DNA of 64,000 bases, from positions 1,240,001 through 1,304,000 of the forward strand of contig NW_027191404.1 in the NCBI RefSeq assembly GCF_041146345.1. Reading direction: 5' to 3'. This DNA comes from Neodothiora populina. Its lineage: Eukaryota. The notes beneath the pieces are model-generated. The model saw nothing but the letters and a program-made list of their open reading frames with translations, was not told where the DNA came from and did not search any database. The position numbers and the translations under genes are program-made. Shown here piece after piece: positions 1 through 12,025 of the stretch; position 1 is the stretch's first letter, and each line of letters opens with the position of its first letter.

Positions 1-691
1 GATTTCATTCGGTCTGAACTTGACTTGATTCGATGGTTCGCGCTTCGTTCATGACTATTTACCTAAGGTAGGGAAGGGACTCCATCATCGATCTCATGAG
101 AGCTATGTCAAGTCAAGTCAAGTCTACTGTAGATAGTCCAGCACTAAACGCGAGATTATCCACCTGCCTGTTAAAGAACACCTACACTACCTCCAGTGCA
201 TCGCTGTATCTACCTTATCCTGTTCTTCCTGTCGATTCTCTTCCTCAGTCTAATCTGCCATTATCAAGTCTCGAGTAAATCCTCCACGTAGCTTCCACGA
301 CGAAATACCCCAGCACTGAATCCACCCAAAGCGAGGCAAAAGGCCAGCTCTAGATGGTAGACGGGACGAGACGACCAAGGCACATGAGGCGAGTAGAAAG
401 TCAAGTAGAATAGAGAATCGAGTGAAATGTATTAACACCGCCGTATATCGCCTCCTACTGTACGAGAACCCAGCCATTTCATCGTGCCAGTTTGTGGCCA
501 CGCAAGGGGTATATACATCTACTGTCCGACCCGTTACTCCGACCTTGATCTCCACGTTCATTTATCCATTGGGGAGTTGGCTCCCGTGTAGTAGAGACAC
601 CTGACACCAGGATTGAAAAACCAGAAAAGAAAAACCAAGAGATGAAAGCAAAAAGAACGCAAAGAGAAGGAAAAGAAAAAAAAAAAGAGAA

Positions 692-3600
692 CTACCTCCT
701 GCCCCTGGCCCTCGCGGCCACAGCCTCCTCCATGCGTCTAATAACGCCCTTCAGCCCCAGTCCCTTCTCACAATTCGCGACCAACCACGCCTCCATCCTC
801 TCCCTCACAGCCCTCATACCCTTCAACAGCGGCAGTTTCCCCTCGGCCTCATCCTGAGCATGCGCAACTGGATTAAGCAGCAAATCGAAGCAATCCCGCC
901 ATATCTCCGTCTGCCAGTAGCGCTTGAACGACTCCCTGATCCGATGCGTCTTGTTGTTCCCAGCACCCATTCCGGCGCCGATGATAGACGAGGACTTTTC
1001 CGTCACGACGGACATGTATTTCCCGAAGAGTAGCGAGTGCAACAGGCCCGCTAGCCCGTGATAGTCGATCTGGTAGGTCCAGGGCCGCATTTCGCGCATC
1101 TCCGAACAGTCGGCTGAGGTCGTCGGCCAGTCGGCGATGAATTGCGTTGAGGGCGAGAAGAGGCGCATGTCGATGCCGCGGCCGAAGTCGATTAGGGTTA
1201 TGCCCTTTTTGGACCAGGAGCATGTGCCCGAGGGTTGGTAGATTGTGGACCATGAAGAAGAGACGTCAGGGGTGGGTTTGTTGTCGATGTCGTCGAAGCG
1301 TACAAGCACGTTGTCGCCCTTCAAGTCGCCGTGGACGATGCCGTTTTTGTGCAAGGCTTCGATCGTCCTCAACAACTCGACGGCGAAAAACATCGCTAGC
1401 ATCTCTTCCATTACTCCGCCGCCGACACTGCCCCCACTGGCGTCTGCTCCCCCTCCACCACGCGCGAGGTTAACGAGGTCTAACAGCGTGCCTTGAGAGC
1501 GAAATTCTTCGATCAAGAAGCCTTCGTCTTTGAACACGTGCATCTCGTGCGCGTGTACGATCGACTCGGATGCGCGATTCACGCCCAGCCGGCGGTGTGT
1601 CTGTCGGATCATGTAAAACTCCCATGCAGAAGGGGGATCCTCCATCTTGAGTGCTTCGAGAGGTTGACGGTGGACCGATGTGAATGCGCCTTGTCCCATG
1701 CGCGCCACTGGTAGATTGCGCTCGCGCTCGTCGTCTGAAACATGATCATCACCGTCATCATGTGCTTCACTATCCTTCAAAGCCGCATCGTTCTCAATCA
1801 AGTAAACAGGCGCAAACGCTCCAGCTCCCAGCTCGCGCTTGAGCGTATACACATTCTTCGACCCAGCAAAAGTAAGAGTCGGCGCAGCTGACAGAGCGCC
1901 TGCGCCATTGGTCTTGTCGCCCGTCTTACCACCTGATTTGGCTATCGCTTTGGCATACTTGCGGATCTCAGGCACGCGACCCGAGGTCTCGTCCAGGTGC
2001 TCGTGATAGCCCTCATAAGACGTCAGAGGTGGTCGGATCTGCGACAGGATGTGATTGCGCAGCTCTGGGTCTACCGGGTTGACTTGGGTGTCAGTGATTA
2101 TGGGTCCTTTCGTCGGCGGCTCCTTTTCTGGTTTGGCACGACTCAATGGTTTTGGTTTCGAGACTGTGACCGCCGCAGTCGGAACTTCGTTTTCGTCTCC
2201 ACCTAGCGATACTACTATCCCCTTGGTAGTCTTGGTACGGATGGGCTTTAGAATCTTTCGTTTGTCCTCCATAGCGCCGCTCAGGATCTCCTGAAACGGA
2301 CTACTGGCCCAGGCCTCGACCTCGTCCTCGTCCGCATCGTCTTCCTCAATTGTAGTGATGAGGTCGGCATCGCTCTGCTTCTGGCGCGAAGGCGTCTTGG
2401 CCGCAAAACAATCCTTGTGAGCGCGGCCTGTCGTGCCCAGGGAAATCTCCGTCTGTTCGACGATGGGCGTCATGAAGGGCAGGCGGTTGTTAGCCACTAT
2501 GACGGGATCCCGATAGGTACCGGTGCGAGGCTCGTAGTCTTCGGGCGGTAGGGGGATGTATCTAGTCTTTGGCTCTTCGTTTTCGTCTTCGTCGTCGTGG
2601 GGCGTCACTACTTCCTTTCGTGGACGAATGGTAAGATCGTGTTCGGTCGATTCCTCGTCATCCAGTCCGTCCGCGGGAGGCGTCGATGCCCGTGGTATCG
2701 TAGGCTTGCTGCTCGTGTAATCTGACCAAGCACTCACGTCGGTCTTGTCAGCGTGGTCGTCGTCGTCATCATCGTCATCATCTTGCTCAGCGGTAGATTT
2801 GACATCTTCATCCTCGTCCTCTGGCTCTTGCTCCAGCTTCTCCTGAGACTCCAAGATCTCTCTTCTGGTTTCATCTCCATAGTCACTAGCAGCAGCAGAC
2901 AAATGACCAGTACCGGTGCTCTCGCCGGCGCTCGTGTAGTCGTCATCGCTGTCATCCGAATCACTTTCAGACTCCGACGACGATGCCGTCTCCTCGTCCT
3001 TGACGGGTTGACTGAAGATGCCGTAGATCTCGTCCATGGCTTCCTTGGTATTGATTGTCATGGTCGGATCCGCGATTTTCTTCTTCTTGATCTTCGGGCC
3101 TGTGGGCGAGCTCGTCTTGAGTTTGACTGTTTGCAATGTCATGTCAGTACAGACGTTCTTGTCCTTTCTATCACGAGACACGTACCCGTCTGCGTCTCGT
3201 TTTGCACTTCCTTTTCCATGACCTTGATCTTGCGCGTCCTGTTGGCACGCTCTTCTCTGCGCAGTCTCTTCGCGATATCCACATCCCGTTGACTGGGCGG
3301 TCTGTTCTCGTCGTTTTCGTCTCGCAGGGGAATCACTTTCAGGGAGCTGCCGATACTGATTGCTGGAGGACGTTCTTCGGCAGCCGGTGCGGGCCTGTTC
3401 TCTGCATCGTCGGGAAAGATGCCAAACTCGCGTTGCGAGCCAGATGACGGAGGCGGCAGGTTCTCTTGATCGTCAGCGGGAGCCGGCGTATCATCCTGGA
3501 AAATGGCGAATCCTTTCTTCTTCGGCGGCGACGACGACGACGACTGCGAGGGAGGTTCTGACGTTTTCGTGTCTGCAGGTTCATCTCGCGGGATTTTGGA

Positions 3601-4921
3601 CCAGTCGACATCCAACAGCCCTCGTTGTCTCGCTCTGGCCTCTTCGAAGCACACCTCGAAAGTCGGGTCCTCGGGATCGGGAAACAACACGTCAAGATTC
3701 ACGTGAACACATTCTAACCTACCCGTCCGGGGGTTGACCATTCGTTGGTGCTCATGTTTACTTGACTCATGCGCGGGACGACGACGATGACGTGATGACG
3801 AAGAAGATATAGAATTGGAAGAAGAAGAAGAAGAAGAAGAAGAAGAAGAAGAAGACTGAATTACACAGAAATAGGCCCAGCCCATTAGTCCTGCGCATGT
3901 GAATAATGCGGAGCATGAGAAGGAATCGGATAGGATAGTAGTAGCTTACCTTGAACACCATCATCTTCTGGACACCCGTGTTGGTCTTTCCCGTGTTGAG
4001 CGTTTCTCCCGCCCATGGCTTCGCAGCGATCGTGTTTTCCTTCTTCCTGCTCGCAATCGACTCGATGCTGTCCCAGCCCTTTCCGGTGTCCTTTGATCCC
4101 AAAGCACTCGGGCTCTCGGCTGCAGCAGCGCTGTCGTCTGTGAAAATAGCCATCTTACCGGCCTTTGGTTTCTTCGACGCAGGCTGGCTAGTCGATTGTC
4201 TTGGACTCGGCTCCGCGGACGGCGTGCCCAACGGATCAAGCTTGGCCGCCAACGCAGGTCGCGCAACCGGAAGCGCAGGACTCTGCGGCTCCTGTGTGCC
4301 TTCGGGCAGCGCCTCCTTTCTGCGCTCGAAATGGCCAAACTTGCGAATCAGGCGCGGCGTGGGATGCGCCTCCTTCTCGATTCCAGTCTTGTAGACCTCC
4401 TCAGCCTGCGTCCATCGGCCCGCATTCTCCAACCAGGCGGCATATTCCTCGTAGAACAGCGCAAGCGACTCTCCGACTCCATTACGCGACAGGAAAAGAA
4501 ACGCCTCCCGCGGCGCATCAGAGAAGAACCGAATATAATGCAACCAGAGCTTCAGATATCGCGGATCGTTCTTGTAGTTTGCAGTCGTCAGAAAGGCCTT
4601 TGTGGCGCGCTCGAGCAAGGGCAGCAGCCGTGACTGCGGCGTCGATTGCGCAGACGGGTACGTGTCCAGTGTCCATTTGACGTAGCGGTCGTAGATGTCC
4701 AGAGGGTCGTCTGCTTCGTCTATTAACGAGAGCTCTTCCTCGAATCCTGCGCGCGCTTCTGCATGCTGGTCGGGCGCATGCGTGGTGCTGCTTTGTTGTG
4801 AGGTCAGAGGCGGAGAGTAGAGGGCCGCGAGGGCTTTTGCTGATCGCCCGCTCGGCAGGGCCTGGATATTCTCCTTGTGATCTTCGATGATGTTGAAATC
4901 AATCAGGTCGGGGCTGGCCAT
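692..4921 (-). CDS. BUB1: Spindle checkpoint kinase Bub1 (undivided MadBub type), 3 exons: 4921-3950, 3855-3186, 3126-692
   Basis: N-terminal KEN box and TPR region (HKENIQALPSGRSAKAL, DDPLDIYDRYVKW, YKNDPRYLKLW). CD1-like motif PTMTINTKEAMDEIYGIF. C-terminal kinase (LGAGAFAPVY, HGDLKGDN, LIDFGRGIDM). GTAAGC and GTACGT donors, ACTAA/CTGAC branch sites and CAG acceptors join three ORFs in frame. Confidence 0.95.
3818..3855 (-). repeat. (TCT)n microsatellite, about 13 units, encoding poly-Ser at the start of BUB1 exon 2
   Basis: Perfect GAA run on the + strand directly next to the predicted acceptor. Confidence 0.9.
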
Positions 4922-5807
4922 GATTGATTGCTGTGTGTGGGTAGGTGTTAGTTGTGACAAGGCGTAGAAACAAAAGAGAGGAAGTGGTGCAATGCAATGC
5001 ACTAAAAGCATGTTTGAACTTTTGAAACCCCAATGTTTACAAACACATGCACGAGCCACCAACACAACACTTCCAGGGTCAAAGGTCAAAGTCACACACC
5101 ACCGCCTCACCACCGTCCACTCCTACCACGCCATTGCCCTGGGACATTCATCAACGGACTTCTAGACCGAGACACAGTAGAATAATTATCACTTCAGAAA
5201 AGAAAGAAAAACAGTGGCAGGCAGCATCAATGTGCTTGCATTTCATAAGTCAAGTACGAGGCTAAGGTATAAGACCACCGACATCCACCAACCTCTCGTT
5301 CCAACGTCATGCTTGCCTCATAAAACCCGAGAATGAATGCGCGCCTGGCCTCTGCCTTGAGAAATCATTTAGCAAACTCCGTATCCTGCATGCAGAGGTA
5401 TCTGGGGTCTGGTCTCGTTATTGTCGTCATCATCCGACTAAATACACTTCCGGCATAAGTTTCTTCAAAGATCAAGATAAGAAAAGATAAAAGGCTGCAA
5501 AAGAAATGGGCTGTGGGGGATGAGAATCCATGTGAGATCAAAAAAAGGGCGGCCGACTGCAATATGCTGTGTCATGAGACCCCATATCAGAAAAAGGAAA
5601 GCGCCTTGCCAGAGTTGAGTCCACATGACATGGACTCGACCATTGACAAGAGCCTTGAGAAAGATAGATGAGCAACAAAAGGAAAGTAGAGAAATCATCA
5701 TCTTCATCAATTCGCATATGCATGATCCGTGCGGGACAGGGTGGGGACGCTCTCGTAGAAACGTGTGCCACCCTGCGAGATTCCCGGTATGAGTGTCGAA
5801 AGAAAAT

Positions 5808-7829
5808 CTAGTTGTGTTGTTTCGTGGTGGAGAATTGGCGCAGTCTCTCTTCGAAAGAGACGCGAGGCGTTTCCAATGCCTGGGATGAGGGTTGATGGCG
5901 TGGGAATGTGTTGAAGCTCGGGTTCGAAGAGCTTGCACCGAACGGAGACCCAAGGCGAGGGGGTAATTGCGACCTTGGGGCAGTCAGATACCCCGTGCTC
6001 GGTCTTATATCGCTCGGCTCCTCCACAATCTGATCTGCAGTAGGAGGGCGAGTGAAGAAGCTCGCAAGACCAGGAGTAGTGACGCCCATGTCACCAAGAC
6101 TGAAGCCCCTGCTGCGGCCGGGTCCACTGCTGGCTGGAGTGGGCGGTGCTGCGAAGAGATTCTGTAGCGGAGGCTGGGGCGTACTGTCTTCGTCGACACC
6201 GAACCTGCGCTTCAAAGATCGCACCGTTGGCATGGGGCCATCAAGATCCAAGGGTGAGTGTAGAACATCACTGTGCTCGGCCCTGCGGTTGTTGAATTGA
6301 CCTCTTCCTAGCGAACGTGTATTTCCAAGATTCTGCATGAAAGCATCGCGGTCAAGATCACTGTCGAACGGTGAAGCCAGGATGCTACCTCTTTCGAAGG
6401 AGTTGTTAGAATGCGACCATGAGTTCAAGCCGAGACCGAGTTGAAGTGACTGGCTCTTCTGATGTGCCTGAGAGCGAGCCTGGGATCTACCGATGCGCGC
6501 GAACCAATCCGCCGGACGCTGAACAGCAGGTGCCGGAGTGGCGGCCGGCTGCTCCTTTGATAGTTGCGCAAGCGGACCATCGGACTGCATTGAGTCTGCA
6601 GTGGCAGCGACAAGGGAAACATTCAGATCGCGACTGGAGAATGTCGAAGTCTCCGGAGTCGGGTGGACCGTCTGTTGTCTCGGACTACTGCTGCTGCTTG
6701 ATGATTCAAAGGGCGATGGGCTGCGGGTCCTCAGCAGTCTCATATAATGGGCGGATAGTGAAGGCTTGCGCTTGCAAAGATCACGTAGGCGTCTGCGAGT
6801 AGCGGCTTCGGAGCGAGGCCACTTGGGAGTGGTCATGTTGCGGTGATCGGTAGGAGTAGGTGTGGCTCTGTCTTCCTCGCCGTGCACAAATCTGGGGGCA
6901 GTCGGCGAGCCGGCGAGATGAACAGAAATACGAGGCAAGATCCTGTCGCCCGGAGAAGCGCGACAGCCTTTCCACGAGCGTCTTGCTTCGCGAGCGACGC
7001 GGTGGCAGACGCCGAGTGGCGGCGCTGTGCCAGGAAGCATCTTGAAAGGAGTCACTCTCGGATCCTGGACGTATATCATGTACGTGATCCAGAGATGATT
7101 GTCCATCTCCGGAGTCCATTTCGGGTGGCGACGCGTCTTTGCGCGCTTTGCGGTTGGCATATCAGAAGACGAGGGAAGTGTCGGACCGGAGACCGGTCCA
7201 CTCTTGAGTTCGTAGAAAGAGAAAGGGTCGGCAGCGTCGCTCTCGGGACTTGTGCAGCTTCCACCACCGAGAGAGAAAGCGTTGCTGCTTCCGAACGAGG
7301 ACGCAGATGAGTCGGAGAAATCCGAGCATGCTGAGAATGGTCGCTGAATGAGATTGCCGTGGACGTGATGGAACATGGTCCACTCGCTAGACTGTGCATC
7401 GTCTTCCTCGCCTGTGTATGTTTTGACCTGCGATGCTGGTGTTTTGGGAGGCGACAGTAAACGGAGGTAGCTAGGCCGGGGCGCAAGATAGCCAGAAGTA
7501 AGCATCGCATCGCGACCTGAACTCAGATTGATGTTCGAAGTCGGCGACTCTATTGTCGGCACAGCAGTCGACTCTGACATGGTCATTGCTGCGGTCGCTG
7601 CGGTAGCATTGGTGTTGTCGACGCGTCTCCTCCTTATCTTGAATGTCTGTCTGGGAGGCGGTGGGGGTTGTATGCTGTCTCCTAGCTCGTGCTCAAATGA
7701 ATTGTCCTGTTTCGGCTGATGTGGAGGAGGTGCGGGCGTTTGAGGAACATGGTGATATTGGCCTTGAGTGTAGTTGTAGTCGAAACCCTCAGGCATGGCG
7801 ATGGACAACTGCGGCTTGGGCTGCGCCAT
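5808..7829 (-). CDS. Conserved hypothetical, largely disordered Ser/Pro-rich protein with a small central folded domain
   Basis: Uninterrupted ORF of about 670 codons with an ATG in good context (accgccATGG). The central block KWTPEMDNHLWITYMIYVQDPRVTPFKMLPGTAPPLGVCHRVAREARRSW resembles uncharacterised ascomycete proteins. The start is uncertain. Confidence 0.8.
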   Translation of the reverse strand: MAQPKPQLSIAMPEGFDYNYTQGQYHHVPQTPAPPPHQPKQDNSFEHELGDSIQPPPPPRQTFKIRRRRVDNTNATAATAAMTMSESTAVPTIESPTSNINLSSGRDAMLTSGYLAPRPSYLRLLSPPKTPASQVKTYTGEEDDAQSSEWTMFHHVHGNLIQRPFSACSDFSDSSASSFGSSNAFSLGGGSCTSPESDAADPFSFYELKSGPVSGPTLPSSSDMPTAKRAKTRRHPKWTPEMDNHLWITYMIYVQDPRVTPFKMLPGTAPPLGVCHRVAREARRSWKGCRASPGDRILPRISVHLAGSPTAPRFVHGEEDRATPTPTDHRNMTTPKWPRSEAATRRRLRDLCKRKPSLSAHYMRLLRTRSPSPFESSSSSSSPRQQTVHPTPETSTFSSRDLNVSLVAATADSMQSDGPLAQLSKEQPAATPAPAVQRPADWFARIGRSQARSQAHQKSQSLQLGLGLNSWSHSNNSFERGSILASPFDSDLDRDAFMQNLGNTRSLGRGQFNNRRAEHSDVLHSPLDLDGPMPTVRSLKRRFGVDEDSTPQPPLQNLFAAPPTPASSGPGRSRGFSLGDMGVTTPGLASFFTRPPTADQIVEEPSDIRPSTGYLTAPRSQLPPRLGSPFGASSSNPSFNTFPRHQPSSQALETPRVSFEERLRQFSTTKQHN

Positions 7830-9934
7830 GGCGGTGTTTGTATTTGTGTCGGCTATGCACTGCACAGCGGCAGGGCTAGCGAACGGGAAAGGTACAAATG
7901 AAAGAGAAACAACGAGAGACACGCAGGGTCGCGAAGGAACGATTTGGGCGACTGCGTGGTCGTATATGCGCGATGGAGATAGGATGTGATGAGATTGTCG
8001 AGCGGTGAAATGGCCGTCGGTTGGGTCGCGGGAGTAGTTGCAGGACGCGGCGGCGCAAGAACAACAACAAGATCGGCAGGCGAGGGGGGCAGATGCGACT
8101 ACGCCTCAAACATCCATGGCAAACGACAGTCTGAGGCAGCGATCGATGTCGCAAGAGTCAAACGGACGTGGTGGTGTATGGTTCGTAGAAGAGTTGGTCG
8201 TTGGTTGTTGGTCGATGGAATGGAGAGAGTCGTGAGAGCGAGTGCAGGGCAGGCAGGCGGTAAGAAGGCGCAACTTGGAAGTGGAAGTGGAAGTGGCAGC
8301 TGCGTCGGTCGTGTGTGGAGGGAGAGGGAAGGCACGAACGCCGGCGGGAGCGGGTGATAGCGAGCTACAATCAACGCTGCACCTATTTCGAGGCTAGTTC
8401 CCCTCTAGCGGTACTTCATATCTGTCCGTGCACAGGTCTAGGTTTTTTTGCACAACAATGATCATTTGTGCATCGACTGCATCGACTGCGTGGATCGAGA
8501 AATGTGATAGTGCACAGATGCATCCGCCCGCTTTCTCTCACCTCCTCATCCCAGGGTGGGTAATTTACCATGGAATCATCTGGTCTGGTCTTGTTTGCTT
8601 ATTGATCTTCGATCAGAGCTGCAACGCCTATGCATGGGATGCTACCAAAACTAAGCTATCGTATATCGAAAAGCGTCCCGCCGCTCCGCTGTAAGTGTAC
8701 TGCACAGTACAAGCGCCCTTGCCATGCTGTCAATTCGCTCTGGGTAGCCGATCATCGCTAAAGCGAAAGGTAGAGTACGCACAGAGCTGTCTCACGGACT
8801 GCCTTCTGCCACGCTGCTTCGGGTCTTGGATAGCTATGGCGTTCTGCAGAGGCCGCTCAAGGGTCCTGAACGAAGAACAACACCACCATGTCCCACTGCT
8901 CCCCCACATGTCCGCTGTCCAGTCAGATGGATCGCCAATTTTGGCGTCGCGGGAAGTATGATTATCTGCTCGTGCTTGGTCCACGCACAGCAAGGCTCGA
9001 TCCGGGAGGAGAGAGCCCCACGGGACCAACCCTGCGCGGGCAGTTGTGTAGCCTCTACATTCCGGCTCTCGTATCCTGGTCTTCATGGTACCCAATCGAT
9101 TACTTTTCTTTCTTCAAGTATTCTTTCATGTAAGATTTGCTGACCAGGCACATCCGTATTTATCGTCGTACAGCCAAGGTGCAAAAAACCGAGCGATCTG
9201 ATGAGCGCAGCGCCGATGCACGATCAATTAATAGCCGTGCAGCATTCCATAGATTCGACGCGTACGTGCGCGAGAATAACGCGCGGACGGTCAAATTACG
9301 CGCTTGTCTTATCAATAGTATCACCTTAACCTGAAGCTTTACTACTTTGCATGACTTATACCTGAGTCAAACTACCTTACCTTACCCAGCCATGTACAAG
9401 TTACCCTAGCCCTCCTTCGCAGGGTTATTCTTTCCGAGGAAAACAAGACCTTGGTGAAGATGCCGTTCGCGCTTGCTACCCTTCTTCTTCGTTCATCCAG
9501 TGAGGCACCACGGTAGCCCGTCTCACCGCCATAGCGGCACCTACGCACCTCATGCATGTCCCGGCCGTCCCATGTGCTGAAACCGTAACCTTTACCTTAC
9601 CGTAGTGCTTGTGTGTGTGACTCGGGACCCTACGTGCGTTCTTCAAGGTCCCTGTGCGGCGCTTCGATTTTTATGCTCGAAGCATAAGTGTCCGCTCTGG
9701 GTTTGCGAAAGGCGGTCATGATTGCTGGCCGTCCCTGATTCATATACAGTACACCTATCTTGACCATTCGATGCATCGTCCTCGGCAGATCATCGATTAA
9801 GCAGATCGTGTGGGCTTAAATACTCGTACGTTTTGCGCTATACTCGTACGATCACATCATCCTCGTAATGGCCGAGATCAATTGCAGCCCGAAATGCGCA
9901 TGTTTACATATTACAACCAAGATAAATCTGTTTC

Positions 9935-11680
9935 CTACTCTTCGTCTAGCGAGAAGTCGTACGGCTTGAAAGCTTCCTTGAAGGCATCCGCGTCCGTCGT
10001 CTCCTCGGCCTCACTCTGTCCGCAATCTTGCCAGTGCGATCGCGATTCGAGTCCTAAGAGCTTGCCTAGCACCCTTCGTCCGAATTGCAAGTCGAATCTG
10101 AATGAGCTGTCGAGTGGTAATACAAGTGTTGTTTCCGCCTCGTCTGCGCTAGACCATAAGACTGCCTTGAAGCAATCTCCTTCGGTGATCACATCTGTTG
10201 AAGCACTCGACGTCTGCAAGGCAGGGTACTTTTCGTTTTCTGCTTCAACCTTGAATGCCGCCTCTACTAGACCCTTGCGTATTAGATCGCGAGGTATGGG
10301 CATAAACTGCCAGTGAACATGAACACCACCAGCCCGATTGATCTCCCAAATGACAGCTCCAAGCTTCGCTGGATCGGCTGCGGACTCCGATCTCTCGGCG
10401 ATCATCTTCTGTAAGGCAACTCGATAGCGGTGCATCTCCACCACAGTGTCCTTCTTGGACTCGGCGTTTTGTATAGCAGCTAGCGTGGGAGAATGCTCAA
10501 GCGGTATGATGAGCATATGGCCTGGAAAGCCCAAGCTGGGAAATGTACTCGGTGTGGGTAGGGGTCCTTTCGACGTTGTGAGATATGAGCTGTTCCCGAT
10601 CGAGGTGATGAGATGAGTTGCTATATTCGGATTTGACAAGCAGAAGAAGCACTCTCTTGGTTGAGGCGGTGCTCTGGCACGCTTATTGCCACGTTGCCGT
10701 CCTGTGTCGCCGCTGCCAAATCGTGAAAAGGACTGGTCCTGTTCCGGAAGCGCTTTCCGTTTCTTCGCTGATACAGACAGCGGACTCGCGGTGATTCCTG
10801 CTGCCACCGTTTGAGGCAGAACGGTGGTAGTGTCGAGGGAGAACGCATATATCCATTTCTGCTTGGTGGCGTTGCCATATGGGGCCAGACTGATGAAACG
10901 AGTGATATTATAGCCGGTAGAGTCGGCATCTTGGGCGTGAAAGAATGGTTCGCGCTCGTAGAATCCTTCGGACATGGAGAAATGGTAGCGAGGTTTCAGT
11001 GCAGCAGCTAGATCTGCGACTTCTTGCCGTGAGACTTGCTCTGCTCCAGCATACGGCGCTTTAGATCCAAGACGAATGCGAGAAGGCCATTCACTAGTGA
11101 TCAAGATGTCGGCCGTATTGGCTCCACGTAAAACAGACACATCCTGTTGGGTATGTAAAGGTGAATACTCCGTGATAGAATCCTTCTTGTTCGCATCGTC
11201 GGTGAGATTTCCACCTAACGAGACAAGTTTGACGCCTTCTGAAGTTTTCACTGTGGTCCTGCGGCCAAGGAAATAGAGGTTTGGACAAAGTTCACCAGCA
11301 TTTGCGGATAGTTTCTCCACCACTGTGGCAGGAAGTTCGCGCGTACCCAGCGCAAAATAGGTGGGCAATGTCACCTCCAATCTACCGTCGATCAGGTCAT
11401 TTAGCTGTGAGTCGACTTCTGGTGTATTATGATCTGGGCTCGAGAACAGATCGCCAACAACAATGGCAAAAGCAAAGCTGTTCTTTGCATGCAGCGCATT
11501 CAGTTTGCCGAAAACAGCCTGAACCTGGCCATTGATTGAGCCGACCACAGCACTGTCAAGGAGTAGTCAGCCGGGAGCCTGAAATTCATGTATCTTATAT
11601 GGCCACTCTCATTGCATGCAAGATTACATGTCATAGGAGTGGGTAAATAATTGATAGGGACCTCACATTTTAGATGCCAT
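9935..11680 (-). CDS. DRN1: CWF19-like 1 / Drn1 (CwfJ family, debranching-enzyme-associated); exons 11680-11667 and 11552-9935
   Basis: Spliced start MASKIAVVGS. Pseudo-metallophosphoesterase N-terminus (DILITSEWP, LKPRYHF, FYEREPF). CwfJ C-terminus (CFFCLSNP, GHMLIIP, HVHWQFMP, FDLQFGRRVL, FKPYDF). Confidence 0.92.
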
Positions 11681-12025
11681 GATCTGGCTTGTCGTAGAGG
11701 TTGATGGCGCCGAGATGCTGCGCCCTTCTCCTCAAAAGCGTCCAGCACAGGAGACAAGAGGCTGTGTAGTCCAGAGCTAGGCACAGCAACTGTATTTATA
11801 CTGCGTTTACAATAGTTACAACGATCTGATGAAGAAGTTCGGCAAAGTTTTGACCGAGCATTACTGCATTGTGGCTAGTGGATAGAACTTCCCCAGAATG
11901 CACGGACTGCTGTGGCTGACGTGAAGACTGATTTTACGGCGATAAGTCCAGCTTTTTTATATTTTTATTATTCCAGCTTCATCTGCCTCTGCGCAGAAGC
12001 AAAAATACACAACCACATCACAATC

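Noticed and set aside
19..125. Inverted ACTTGACTTGA / TCAAGTCAAGT repeats
   Set aside because: Short 5-mer simple repeats with no TSD or element body; insufficient for a MITE call.
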